Origin: an uncultured delta proteobacterium
GTDB lineage: Bacteria; Desulfobacterota; Binatia; Binatales; Binataceae
NCBI GenBank assembly: GCA_963765675.1
Contig: CAVXXK010000005.1
Span: 27,170-91,169, forward strand
Length of the DNA: 64,000 nt
Reading direction: 5' to 3'
Both the position numbers and the translations under genes were made by a program. Within the stretch, counting starts at the first letter, position 1. The number at the start of each line of letters is the position of its first letter. Shown here one piece after another: positions 55,107-64,000 of this stretch. The notes under the pieces are model-generated. The model did not search any database. It was not told the DNA's origin and worked only from the letters and a program-made list of their open reading frames with translations.

Positions 55107-55553
55107 TTATTCGGCGGCTTTCGGATGGATTGTCATGACCGGCGTCGGCGATTCGCGGACAACTCGCTCCGCGACGCTGCCTAGCAGCAGGTGCTTGACA
55201 CCACTGCGGCCGTGCGTGCCCATTACGATCAAGTCGATGCTTCGCTCCGCGGCGAGGTTGAGAATCTCCGCTGCCGGATGTCCGCTCACAACGAAAACCT
55301 CATAGGAAACTCCGGCCAGTTTATTGTGCGCAAGTGTTTCCAATCGGCGGCGAGTTTCTGCTTCATATTCAGGATCGGGGAACATAGGGACGGGCGGCAG
55401 CGCTGTGGCGGCGATGGCTGGTATGCCGATTACGGTCAGAAGGCAGACCGTCGCGGAATTCTGCTTCGCCAGCGCGCAAGCGAGTTCAAGCGCGTCCATC
55501 GAGTCTCGCCCGAAGTCGATTGGACACAGTATTTTCGAGAATATGTTTGCCAT
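55107..55553 (-). CDS. universal stress protein
   Basis: ILCPIDF, MGTHGRSG..LLGSVAERV. Confidence 0.92.
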   Translation of the reverse strand: MANIFSKILCPIDFGRDSMDALELACALAKQNSATVCLLTVIGIPAIAATALPPVPMFPDPEYEAETRRRLETLAHNKLAGVSYEVFVVSGHPAAEILNLAAERSIDLIVMGTHGRSGVKHLLLGSVAERVVRESPTPVMTIHPKAAE

Positions 55554-55582
55554 CTTTCTTGGTTTGGCCTCATCGTGAAGCA

Positions 55583-55597
55583 GCATCGGTCGTGCCA
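55583..55597 (-). promoter_or_regulatory. sigma54 promoter for the USP-CoA transferase-CBS operon
   Basis: TGGCACGACCGATGC. UAS-like TGTGTCTTTCAGAGTCA at 55682-55698 (reverse complement). Confidence 0.65.
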
Positions 55598-55723
55598 AAC
55601 AGCCAGCGGGGGTGATTGATTGTGAAATCAACTGGCCGGATGGCGACCTTGTGAGGAAAGGCGCCAGCGACCTCCAGCGTTTGACTCTGAAAGACACACG
55701 CATCGAGCGCCGGACCATGTAGA

Positions 55724-56731
55724 ATGCGTGCCGAGACCGTCAGGATGTCCCCAACTCGAAGATTCGCGCTCGCGGTGTCCGGAGTTGCGCTGATGACTGT
55801 GATCGGCGCAGTCGGCTACATGCTGATCGAGCACTGGTCGGTGCTCGACGCCTTCTACATGTCGGTCATCACCATCTCGACCGTCGGTTACGGCGAGGTT
55901 AAGCCTTTGAGTCCTGCTGGTCGTCTTTTCACCATCGGATTGATAGTCACAGGCGTCGGCAGCGCGATCTATCTGTTTACGGTGATCGGGGAACTTGTCA
56001 TCGAAGGGAGTCTTAAAGAGTTTCTCGGGAAGAGCGCGATGAATCGAAAAATTCACAATCTCCAGGGACACGTTATCGTCTGTGGCTTCGGTCGTTTCGG
56101 GCGCGCTGTCGTAGAAGAACTGATTCGCGACACCGTGCCGATGGCAGTGATCGAGACAAACCCAGCGAGGCAGACCGACCTGGACACTGCCGGCGTGCTG
56201 CACGTGATCGGATCGGCGCTAGAGGACTCGGTGCTCGAAAACGCAGGCATCAGTTCGGCCCGCGCCATAGTCGTCGCGACCGGATCGGACGCGGACAACG
56301 TGTACATCACGCTGTCAGCACGCGAAAAGAACCCGCGGATTCTGATTTACGCGCGCGGCGATTCTGATGCCGGGTTGCGTCGGCTCAAGCTGGCCGGGGC
56401 GGACCAGGTGGTTGCGGCCTATCAATGGGCCGGGCTGAGAATCGCGGCCAGCATCCTGCGACCGTCGGTCGTGGATTTTCTGCAACTGTCGATGCCCGGC
56501 CGCGAGTCCGAAGTCGATTTGGAAGAGATAAAGATCTCTCGCGAAAGCCCGGCGGCAGGAAAGACCATCTCCGCAGTGGAACGAGAGAATCCGCGCGTCC
56601 GGATCGTAGCATTGAAACGCGATGATAAGCAGCTCGAGATGATTCCTGCTCCGGAAACGCCGATCAAACCGGATGACCTGCTGGTCGTGATCGGAGAATC
56701 AGACAGCCTGAAACGCCTCAGATCCGACTAA
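55724..56731 (+). CDS. potassium channel with RCK (TrkA-N/C) domains
   Basis: TISTVGYG selectivity filter, CGFGRFG, TrkA-C domain. Confidence 0.93.
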   Translation: MRAETVRMSPTRRFALAVSGVALMTVIGAVGYMLIEHWSVLDAFYMSVITISTVGYGEVKPLSPAGRLFTIGLIVTGVGSAIYLFTVIGELVIEGSLKEFLGKSAMNRKIHNLQGHVIVCGFGRFGRAVVEELIRDTVPMAVIETNPARQTDLDTAGVLHVIGSALEDSVLENAGISSARAIVVATGSDADNVYITLSAREKNPRILIYARGDSDAGLRRLKLAGADQVVAAYQWAGLRIAASILRPSVVDFLQLSMPGRESEVDLEEIKISRESPAAGKTISAVERENPRVRIVALKRDDKQLEMIPAPETPIKPDDLLVVIGESDSLKRLRSD

Positions 56732-56747
56732 TATCTGGGGCGTCGCC

Positions 56748-58334
56748 TCAGGAAAAGGCATCGATGGCGCCGCGATGCTTGACCGCAACGCCGTACTTGT
56801 GGGCGCGCCTCAGCAATATCGATGACGCGCGCTCGGCGAGCGCCGCGATCGTGAGCGACGGGTTCACGCAGAGCGAGGTCGGTACGCTTGACGCGTCGGT
56901 GACGAAGATGCCGGGATGGCCGCGCAGCTCGTGGCGATCGTCGAGCGCCGACGTCTCGGGATCGTCGCCGATTCGGCACGACGCCAGCGGGTGCGCACAC
57001 TGGATCTTCGTCGTCGACGCCACCAGATGAAGCGTGGCGAGGCCGTCGAGCGTCATGATTGACCGGCTCGCCGCGTCGGACAGGTCGAAGCCGTGCGTGG
57101 TCTCCGGCGCGATGTCGTACTGTAGCTGGCCGACCGCTGCCGGCCCGACACGCTTGAAGTTGCCAGTCGGGGGCGGCGGGCCGAAGACGCCTTCGTTGGC
57201 GTCCTCGGTCATCGCGAGGACCGTCATCCACGAGCGCCAGCGCAACAGGAGGTCACGCTTGTCGACGCCGAACCAGCGCGGTGGGTCGTCCACGCCAGGG
57301 AGGTGGTTCACTATCGGCGGAAAGTAGATCTGCTGCAAGCCGAAGCGCGAGAACTCGGGCGCGCTCGGGTCGAGGTAGTCGAAGGTCATGGCGCTGATCG
57401 GCTTGCCGATCGGGAAGGCGTCGTAGGCGACACCGGGCGCGCGTTCAAGCCCGAGCAGATCGTGGACCTTATCCTCGTCCAGGGCCGCCACGGTGACCCG
57501 ATCGCCGTTGGCCGAGAAGTAGCGTCCGACCGCCGGCGGCATGCCGCACAGAGACAGTGCCGAGCGCTGCAGAATCACCGGCGTTCCCATCGCGCCTGCG
57601 GCGACGATGACTATCTTCGCCTCGATGAGGCCGCTACCGACCGACTTGGTGTAGTCGTTCGGGTCGAGCTGCAGATACGATACCGCGTAGCGATAACCGG
57701 CGGTCTGGGCCGGTTGGATGAATTGCACCTCGTGCAGTGGGCGGATCTCGGCGCCCGACGCCTCCGCGGCCGGGATGTAGTTGAGCAGCATCGAGCGCTT
57801 CGCGTCGAAGATGCAGCCGGTATGCATCCAGTCGCAGTTGGTGCAACGCGTGAGGTCGACGGCGACCGGCACCGGCTGGCAGGTGTGTCCCGCGCGCGTG
57901 CACGCCGCCGCGAAGACGCCGCCGGCATATGGCACGTCGTTCCAGCTCAGCCGGCTCACCGGCAACGCGTCCTCGACGCGGCGATACCACTTATCGAGCT
58001 TGTGGCGGGTGATCGACTTCGGCCAGATACGACGGCCCAGCGTGCCGCGACGCTCGAAGACGAAGCTCGGCGCCCGCAGCGACGCTGCGTAGTAGACGAC
58101 GCTCGAGCCGCCGACGCAGTTGCCCGCGGTGACGTCGATGCCGTTGCCCGCGATGCTGTCAATGATGCGGGTGTAGCCGCCCACCTGCAGGCTTTGTGTG
58201 AAATCTTCGGTCGAGAACCTCGGCCCGCGCTCGAGCATGATCACGCTCGCGCCGCCGGCGGCGAGATAGTAACCGGGGATCGAGCCGCCGAAGCCCGTCC
58301 CGATAATCAGGACGTCCGTAGTCTCATTCGCCAT
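56748..58334 (-). CDS. GMC-type FAD oxidoreductase, enediyne E9-like
   Basis: IGTGFGG, GNCVGGSS, CTNCDW...GC, HPLASCRIG, VNPSLTIAALAE. Confidence 0.85.
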   Translation of the reverse strand: MANETTDVLIIGTGFGGSIPGYYLAAGGASVIMLERGPRFSTEDFTQSLQVGGYTRIIDSIAGNGIDVTAGNCVGGSSVVYYAASLRAPSFVFERRGTLGRRIWPKSITRHKLDKWYRRVEDALPVSRLSWNDVPYAGGVFAAACTRAGHTCQPVPVAVDLTRCTNCDWMHTGCIFDAKRSMLLNYIPAAEASGAEIRPLHEVQFIQPAQTAGYRYAVSYLQLDPNDYTKSVGSGLIEAKIVIVAAGAMGTPVILQRSALSLCGMPPAVGRYFSANGDRVTVAALDEDKVHDLLGLERAPGVAYDAFPIGKPISAMTFDYLDPSAPEFSRFGLQQIYFPPIVNHLPGVDDPPRWFGVDKRDLLLRWRSWMTVLAMTEDANEGVFGPPPPTGNFKRVGPAAVGQLQYDIAPETTHGFDLSDAASRSIMTLDGLATLHLVASTTKIQCAHPLASCRIGDDPETSALDDRHELRGHPGIFVTDASSVPTSLCVNPSLTIAALAERASSILLRRAHKYGVAVKHRGAIDAFS

Positions 58335-58349
58335 CGCGTCACTCCAGAT

Positions 58350-59123
58350 TTATGCCGGGTTGCCGCGCTTTGAGCGCGGATGCGCCCGCGCGAGGACGCG
58401 CTGGTACGAGAACTCGGGGAAGCGCCACAAGCCGTCGGGATTGGGGGGCGGAAAGCCGATCGCCGCCAAACCGGGATGCCCCTCGCTGATTGCGACCGCC
58501 GTCGGGAGGTAACCCGCGGTGTTGTACGCGATGAAACAAACGGCCGCGAGCCCGTAGAACACGCGCTGATCGTCCCCGTTCCCGGCGAGAATCGCGACCA
58601 GGAGCGCGGTCCGCGACGCGAAGTCGAGCGAGACGAAAGGTGGTACCGTCGGATCGAGTGTGATCCCGTTGAGCAGTGCATATAGGAATGCGTACACATT
58701 GATGCCCAGGGCAACGAAAGGCAGTACCGGCTGGAAGCCGACCGGAGGGAAGTTCATCATCTCGATCGCGCCCCCCTGCACCGCGCCCGCGCCTGTGACT
58801 ACGCCGGCGATCGCTCGGTCCCCAGGGAAGCGTTTTTCGCCCGGGATCAACGTATCGGCGTAAGCTTCGAGCGTCTGCGTCATCGCCGGGGTATCGTCGT
58901 AGGCTTCAAGGGTCTGCGTTGTCGCCAATTGGTCAATCCCTTGGCCGAACGCGGACGGCACGCCGATTCGCCATGGATGGATCGTCCACGCCGCCGCGAG
59001 CAACGCGACATGTTTCAGCAAGGCGCGGCGGGTGAGACGGAGCGAGATCCCGGCGGATCCTGCGAGGCGCTCGTCCTCATGCTCGATAATTCGATCTGTC
59101 TCGCTCTTGCTCTTCACTGGCAT
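58350..59123 (-). CDS. Tat-exported DUF5987 / enediyne E8-like protein
   Basis: TRRALLK Tat motif, TLEAYADTLIPGEKRFPGDRA, GHPGL..GF..P..DGLWRFPEFSY. Confidence 0.7.
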   Translation of the reverse strand: MPVKSKSETDRIIEHEDERLAGSAGISLRLTRRALLKHVALLAAAWTIHPWRIGVPSAFGQGIDQLATTQTLEAYDDTPAMTQTLEAYADTLIPGEKRFPGDRAIAGVVTGAGAVQGGAIEMMNFPPVGFQPVLPFVALGINVYAFLYALLNGITLDPTVPPFVSLDFASRTALLVAILAGNGDDQRVFYGLAAVCFIAYNTAGYLPTAVAISEGHPGLAAIGFPPPNPDGLWRFPEFSYQRVLARAHPRSKRGNPA

Positions 59124-59366
59124 TCCGGCGGCTCTAAAGAAGAAAGCTCAAATCCGCTGTAAGCGAGAATTTCATGTTGCAAATCCCGATTCAGACTCGC
59201 ATAGATGTCCAAACGTTTGCAAACGCAAGTCTGAGCTCGTTTTTGAATGCAGAGACTTGTTGCGCAAGCGTTCTTTGAACAGTTCTGCACCGTCTTGCAC
59301 CGAAACAGAAAAGCTCAGGGTTTTCCAGCGGAATTCTCACCTCTCAGTCTTGCGGGTCCCGCCACC

Positions 59367-59712
59367 CTATTGTCCAATATCGCCGTCTTTTACCTTGCGC
59401 ATTTTTTCTACGGCTGCCTTGGCGGTTTTTTCATCGAGAACGCCGGGAGAAAGCTTGGCGGTCGCGACGCACCGACGCAACTCGTCTCGGGGGGCGTTCG
59501 GCTTGGCCAGGAACGAGGCGATCACTCTCCGCGCGCATTCAGACACGGAGGTTGTGAAATGTCCGACGCCCGGGATGACCACGTCGGTGGAGTCGGGAAG
59601 CGTTCGGGCCGCGATTTTCCCCCAACTCGGCGGTGTGACGGCGTCGAAGCCGTCCGACAGGATCAGGGTTGGAATGGTACTGCGCGTAGCGGCGCGTTGC
59701 GCCGGGGGTCCC
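59367..59712 (-). pseudogene. 5'-truncated alpha/beta hydrolase (TAP-like C-terminal domain)
   Basis: IPTLILSDGFDAVTPPSWG..AARTLP...PGVGH....CARRVIASFL. There is an in-frame TAA just upstream and no N-terminal part. Confidence 0.6.
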
Positions 59713-59749
59713 GTTTATTTTCGGCGGGGCAGGCCAGGCAGATGGCGGA

Positions 59750-60118
59750 TCAGCTTTGCGGACACTGATATGCGCGGCCGGTGCCGGCGTAGCCGCTGGA
59801 AGAAGATCCACCACCCATCATGAGGCCATTGGATCCGACCATGGGCGGAGTGGAACTGGATACGCTTTTGATCTCATCGATGACTAAAAAATTGCCGCCC
59901 ATCGCAGAGGTCTTGTTTCTCATCTCGTTCTTTACAGACTCCATGGTCACATGCGGCAAGAATGAACCGACAGAGACCTCGCCAATTTCCTTGCAATCTT
60001 TTGGAGCCTCACTTTTGGTCGAGTATTTGACGTTCTGAGCCGACTCATTCAACCCAGAGCACGAAGCTAGAAGTAGTACACAGGTAGCCATCAACACATA
60101 GAATCCAGTTTTTTTCAT
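59750..60118 (-). CDS. lipoprotein, DUF4156-like
   Basis: MKK..LLLASC lipobox, CKEIGEV, MRNK...MGGN, GRAYQC. Confidence 0.7.
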   Translation of the reverse strand: MKKTGFYVLMATCVLLLASCSGLNESAQNVKYSTKSEAPKDCKEIGEVSVGSFLPHVTMESVKNEMRNKTSAMGGNFLVIDEIKSVSSSTPPMVGSNGLMMGGGSSSSGYAGTGRAYQCPQS

Positions 60119-60795
60119 CAATCCGCAATTTCCTTTTTGACTTTGCAAACAGCCGATTCGTTGCGCCTCCTAAAAACCTCAGCCGTGCAAATTCATTAGT
60201 GATTTCGAAGATTTGGCGATAGCCTGCCTGCAGGACGATGCCGACCAGGAGAGCGGTTCCAGTCGCGCGTGGTGAGCCTAGCCCCCACGAAACTGGTCCT
60301 GGAAACGATCGCGCTGCGTGGCCTCTCAAAACTCAATCCGCGTGGATTCGTCCAGAATTTCCTTTAGGACTTTTGCTTCAGGACACCCAATAGCGTGATC
60401 TGACCTTTGACGGCAAGGCTCTGAGTGTTTTGCCTCGGTGCCGGCCACCATCAGCAGGCTGGGCGTATAAGGTTTCCCGTAACGGTCTGAGAGACTGCAT
60501 GGGAGCAACTGTTCGCCGAGGTTTTCGCCGATCCGCAAGTCCGGCTTCCGCGAAGGCATCGGCGCGCCTGTCAATAAACCAGGACCAGCGCCACCCCTCC
60601 TCGACGTTTGACTGATCATGCTCCACTCCTCGTCCAGCCGACGCGCCACGCAATCGGACGCGAGGAGATCGAAACGCACCATTATTCAATTGTTTAATTG
60701 CTCGGCTTACATACGCGAGCGGATCGTCAGAGAACGAGAAACGGCTAATCGTGGCGGGTCGGCAAAGCGGGAAAGTGCGTCAAAGATCGGCCTAA

Positions 60796-61758
60796 CTACG
60801 CATGAGACGCTTGGCCCCTCGGTGAAGAGGCCTTCATCTTTCGCGTGCCTGAGCGAGGTTTGTCGGATTCGTTGCGGGCGTCTTCGCGTAAAATTTCCGC
60901 CAGACGTTTAACGCCGGGGCCTGCGTCCTCAGGGTCGGCAAGCACGAGGTAAATTTCAACATACATGTCGCCGCCTCCTTGTAGCGGCAACACCTTCAAC
61001 TCGCCGGCGGCAACCTCCTCGCGGATCTTCTCTTCTGGATACCGGGCGAAACCGAAGCCCATTCGCGCCGCCTGGAGCGAGGTCGCCATGTGCCCGACAG
61101 TCCAGCGTTGCTCGGCCTCGATAAAGGCGCCCCGTTTGTCGCGCTTGATGCTGGTATCGCGCACTACGAGTTGGCGATGCTTGCGGAGATCGTTCATCGT
61201 GGCGCGCCGTCCGAGTTTGAACAGCGGATGGTTCGGACTCGCGACCGGGACAAAGGCGAGCCGCATCAGGGACTCTCCCGTGAATCCCGGCGGCACGCGC
61301 GGCGTGAGCGCAAGGTCCGCCCTGTGCTCCAGCAACGCCTCAGGCGCTCCGCCGATCATGGTCTCGATAACCTCGATACGAGTATGCGGAGATTCGCTTC
61401 CGAAGCGGTCGAGACATTTGAGCAATAGCCATGTCGGGAAAACGATCTCGACGGCGATGGTGATCTCCGCCTCCCATCCAGCGGAATTACGATGCGCGGC
61501 TCCTTCCAGGCTCGCGGCCTCATCGAGCAGAACCCGCGCGCGCAAGTAGAGCATCTGGCCCGCGGGCGTGAGCATCGCCTTGCGCCCCTTGAGTTGAAAC
61601 ACCTTCACGCCCAGCAACTTCTCGATCTGCTGCACCGCGTACGTCACCGACGATTGGCTCTTATGTATCGACTCGGCTGCGGAGGCATAGCCGCCTTCGT
61701 CGACGACAGCCACGAGTGCGCGCCATTGTTCAAGAGAGATCGAAGGGTTCGGCGTCAT
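60796..61758 (-). CDS. LysR family transcriptional regulator
   Basis: VVDEGGYASAAESIHKSQSSVTYAVQQIE HTH plus substrate-binding domain. Confidence 0.95.
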   Translation of the reverse strand: MTPNPSISLEQWRALVAVVDEGGYASAAESIHKSQSSVTYAVQQIEKLLGVKVFQLKGRKAMLTPAGQMLYLRARVLLDEAASLEGAAHRNSAGWEAEITIAVEIVFPTWLLLKCLDRFGSESPHTRIEVIETMIGGAPEALLEHRADLALTPRVPPGFTGESLMRLAFVPVASPNHPLFKLGRRATMNDLRKHRQLVVRDTSIKRDKRGAFIEAEQRWTVGHMATSLQAARMGFGFARYPEEKIREEVAAGELKVLPLQGGGDMYVEIYLVLADPEDAGPGVKRLAEILREDARNESDKPRSGTRKMKASSPRGQASHA

Positions 61759-61926
61759 TATCGGATGCCTCGATGGATATGGGCTTATTTTTGAACTTTT
61801 CTATCCACTGAATGAATATTACATTTTGGTTGATGGAAACACTACTAAAGATCAACGCCTGCATTTTCGGCGAAAACGGCTCCGCGGACGCTGATTTCAT
61901 CAACCAATTGTTAGGAGATCTCTCAC

Positions 61927-62661
61927 ATGGAAAAACTGAAGAATAAGGTCGCTGTGATTACCGGCGCGACTTCCGGCATGGCACTCGCCACGGCCAAGCT
62001 TTTCGTCGAAGAAGGGGCCTACGTCTTTATCACAGGCCGGAGGCAGGAGGCGCTCGGAGAGGCCGTCAAGCTGATTGGCCGGAACGTGACCGGCGTGCGC
62101 GGCGACGCGGCCAATCTCGACGACCTCGACCGCCTGTTCGATACAGTTAAGCGGGAAAAGGGCAAGATCGACGTCCTGTTCGCGAGCGCTGGCACGGGCG
62201 AAACCGCCAAACTGGGCGAGATTACCGAGCAGCACTTCGATGCGGCCTTCGGCCTGAATGCGCGCGGAACGCTGTTTACGGTCCAGAAGGCGTTGCCGCT
62301 GTTCAACGATGGCGGATCGATCATCATGACCGGGTCAGTTGCTTCGGTGAAAGGTTTTCCTGGTTTCGGCGTGTATGCGGCGAGCAAGGCGGCATTGCGC
62401 TCATTCGCACGCACGTGGCTAAACGAACTGAAGGGCAGGAATATCCGGGTGAACGTGCTGGGTCCGGGGCCGATCGCCACACCGATGCAGGAAGAAGTTC
62501 TCACCAAGGAGGCGAAGGAGATGTTCGAGTCCCTGATCCCGCGGGGAAAGATGGGTCAACCTGAGGAAATCGCGACGGTCGCGCTGTTTCTTGCTTCAGA
62601 CGATTCGAGCTTCGTGAACGGGGTGGAGTTGTCAGTCGACGGCGGCTTGTCGGCCATCTGA
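61927..62661 (+). CDS. SDR family oxidoreductase
   Basis: TGATSGMA, YAASK, VDGG. Confidence 0.93.
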   Translation: MEKLKNKVAVITGATSGMALATAKLFVEEGAYVFITGRRQEALGEAVKLIGRNVTGVRGDAANLDDLDRLFDTVKREKGKIDVLFASAGTGETAKLGEITEQHFDAAFGLNARGTLFTVQKALPLFNDGGSIIMTGSVASVKGFPGFGVYAASKAALRSFARTWLNELKGRNIRVNVLGPGPIATPMQEEVLTKEAKEMFESLIPRGKMGQPEEIATVALFLASDDSSFVNGVELSVDGGLSAI

Positions 62662-62702
62662 AAGGTGGAGGAATCAATATCAACACGGATCGGAGAAACA
62701 TT

Positions 62703-63303
62703 ATGAGCTACGCAATTGTAGGATTCGGAAAGATAGGTCAGGCCCTCGCCCACGCCTTCGCCCGTAAAAACATCGACGTGACCGTTGCGAGTCGCCGGCC
62801 GCCCGAGGCGTTGGCGCCGCAGGCTCGGGCGATTGGACCCACGGTCGTCGCCAAGTCGCTGCGGGATGCACTCGAGGCCGACACAATCATCTTGGCGGTC
62901 CCGTTCGGAGAACATCGCGAGGTTGCGAAGGCCCTGCCGAGCTGGAAAGGCAAGACGGTCATCGACGCGATGAACGCGTTAGTTCCACCTGAGGAGCTGG
63001 ACGGTCTCCCGTCCTCCGCCTTCGTTGCGAAGTCGTTCACCGGCGCTAAGTTCGTGAAAGGTTTTAATCACCTGCCTGCGGCCACTCTGGCTGCCGATCC
63101 GATCGTCGAGGGCGGTCACCGGGTCGTCTTTCTGTCGAGCGACGATGAGAACGCGATCGGTCCCGTGGCGGCCTTGGCCAAACAACTCGGGTTCGCACCC
63201 GTCAAGCTGGGAAAGCTCAACGAGGGTGGCTGCGCTGGTGCACGCACGCGGCCGCACTTGGGGCCAACTGATCTTCCAGGACATGTTCAAGAAAGAACAG
63301 TGA
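62703..63303 (+). CDS. F420-dependent NADP oxidoreductase family, +1 frameshift at ~63231
   Basis: GFGKIG, ILAVP, IDAMN, VKGFNH. Removing T63231 restores GGALVHARGRTWGQLIFQDMFKKEQ*. Confidence 0.85.
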
Positions 63304-63377
63304 TAGGCCAGGCCTGACCAGCAGAGTATCCGATTAGATCGGACACGATCCGATGTAAGGGAAATGGAGAGATTTCG

Positions 63378-63794
63378 ATGAGCATAGAAGAAGAGAATGT
63401 CCAGATTGTGAAAGATTTTTTTGCAGCAATCGGCCGCGGCGATAAGCAAGGTCTGCTAGCGCTGTCTGCCGAAGATATTGAGTGGATCATTCCGGGCGAG
63501 GATTGGCCGCTGGCCGGCACGCACCGCGGGCACGCGGGATTGGCGGATTTGCTTCAGAAGGCTTCCGAAATGGTGGAAACTTCAACCGAGCCCCGCGAAT
63601 TCGTAGCGCAGGGAGACCGGGTTCTGGTCGTCGGCTTCGCGACGGGGAGAATCAAAGCCACGAATAGGACGTTCGAGGACCATTGGGTCTTCGCCATTAC
63701 CGTTCGAAATGGCAAACTGACGAACATCCGGGAGTATATCGACACGCAAGCACTGGCGCGGGCCTCCGAGACTGCCGCGAGCCCCAGGCTCTAA
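63378..63794 (+). CDS. NTF2/SnoaL-like protein
   Basis: NVQIVKDFFAA, EDIEW, AQGDRVLV, IREYIDT. Confidence 0.9.
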   Translation: MSIEEENVQIVKDFFAAIGRGDKQGLLALSAEDIEWIIPGEDWPLAGTHRGHAGLADLLQKASEMVETSTEPREFVAQGDRVLVVGFATGRIKATNRTFEDHWVFAITVRNGKLTNIREYIDTQALARASETAASPRL

Positions 63795-63842
63795 CACAAG
63801 GACACCGACACCGCACGGTACGATTCGTAAGGTCAGCGAATA

Positions 63843-63895
63843 CGTTGAACAGCGGCAACGCCTTCTGAACCGTAAACAACGTGCCGCGCGCGTTC
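63843..63895 (-). pseudogene. 53-bp remnant of a paralogous SDR gene
   Basis: Inverted copy of 62256-62308 (NARGTLFTVQKALPLFN) with 4 synonymous differences. Confidence 0.65.
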
Positions 63896-63946
63896 CGGCA
63901 TCGGAAGTGGAGCATCGAGCAGGGTCCGCTTCACCGAAGTGTTGAG

Positions 63947-64000
63947 TGCCGGGGGCGGGGATCGAACCCGCATGGAGGTTCCCCTCCAGAGGATTTTAAG
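63947..64000 (-). tRNA. tRNA-Leu(TAA), 3' part (5' end lies beyond the window)
   Basis: Reverse complement CTTAAAA anticodon loop, long variable arm GGAGG-GGAA-CCTCC, T-arm GCGGGTTCGATCCCCGC, acceptor CCCCGGCA. Confidence 0.9.

Noticed and set aside
56748-59123. Enediyne biosynthetic gene cluster
   Set aside because: The core PKSE/TE/E3-E5 cassette is absent from the window.
60326-60689. Possible gene or remnant between the lipoprotein and LysR
   Set aside because: No motif that I can assign.

Overview
GC-rich bacterial DNA. Gene content and repeats resemble Candidatus Binatus/Binatota, but this is an impression and was not verified. The first ~24 kb is housekeeping and catabolic (SDR/AKR oxidoreductases, a Baeyer-Villiger monooxygenase, an AAA ATPase, esterase, patatin, carotenoid oxygenase, ppa, Fpg-like glycosylase, GSTs), with a DUF2844/DUF3443 pair and nested palindromic repeats. 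From ~24.4 kb to a tRNA-Leu(TAA) at the right edge the DNA looks accessory. Its core (26.5-56.7 kb) is a low-oxygen/dormancy-type locus resembling Burkholderia lxa and mycobacterial DosR gene sets. It holds a glgP-N-ATPase (atpDCQRBEFAG) operon, 4 USP and 5 CBS proteins (2 are USP-CBS fusions), Hsp20, DksA, a BCAM0308-like protein, an Rv2004c-like kinase, 2 cytochromes c, ADH, a CoA transferase, an ABC/HlyD/TolC exporter and a K+ channel. Most units in this locus have a sigma54 -24/-12 promoter and a shared 17-bp imperfect palindrome, usually ~75-95 bp upstream. The locus also encodes a sigma54 activator with a globin-like sensor, facing a REC-hemerythrin protein. One USP has an N-terminal helix resembling the F1-ATPase inhibitor IF1. 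An orphan enediyne E8/E9-like pair follows. Five genes have single +1 frameshifts, probably sequencing errors. All family assignments come from motif recognition; no searches were run.
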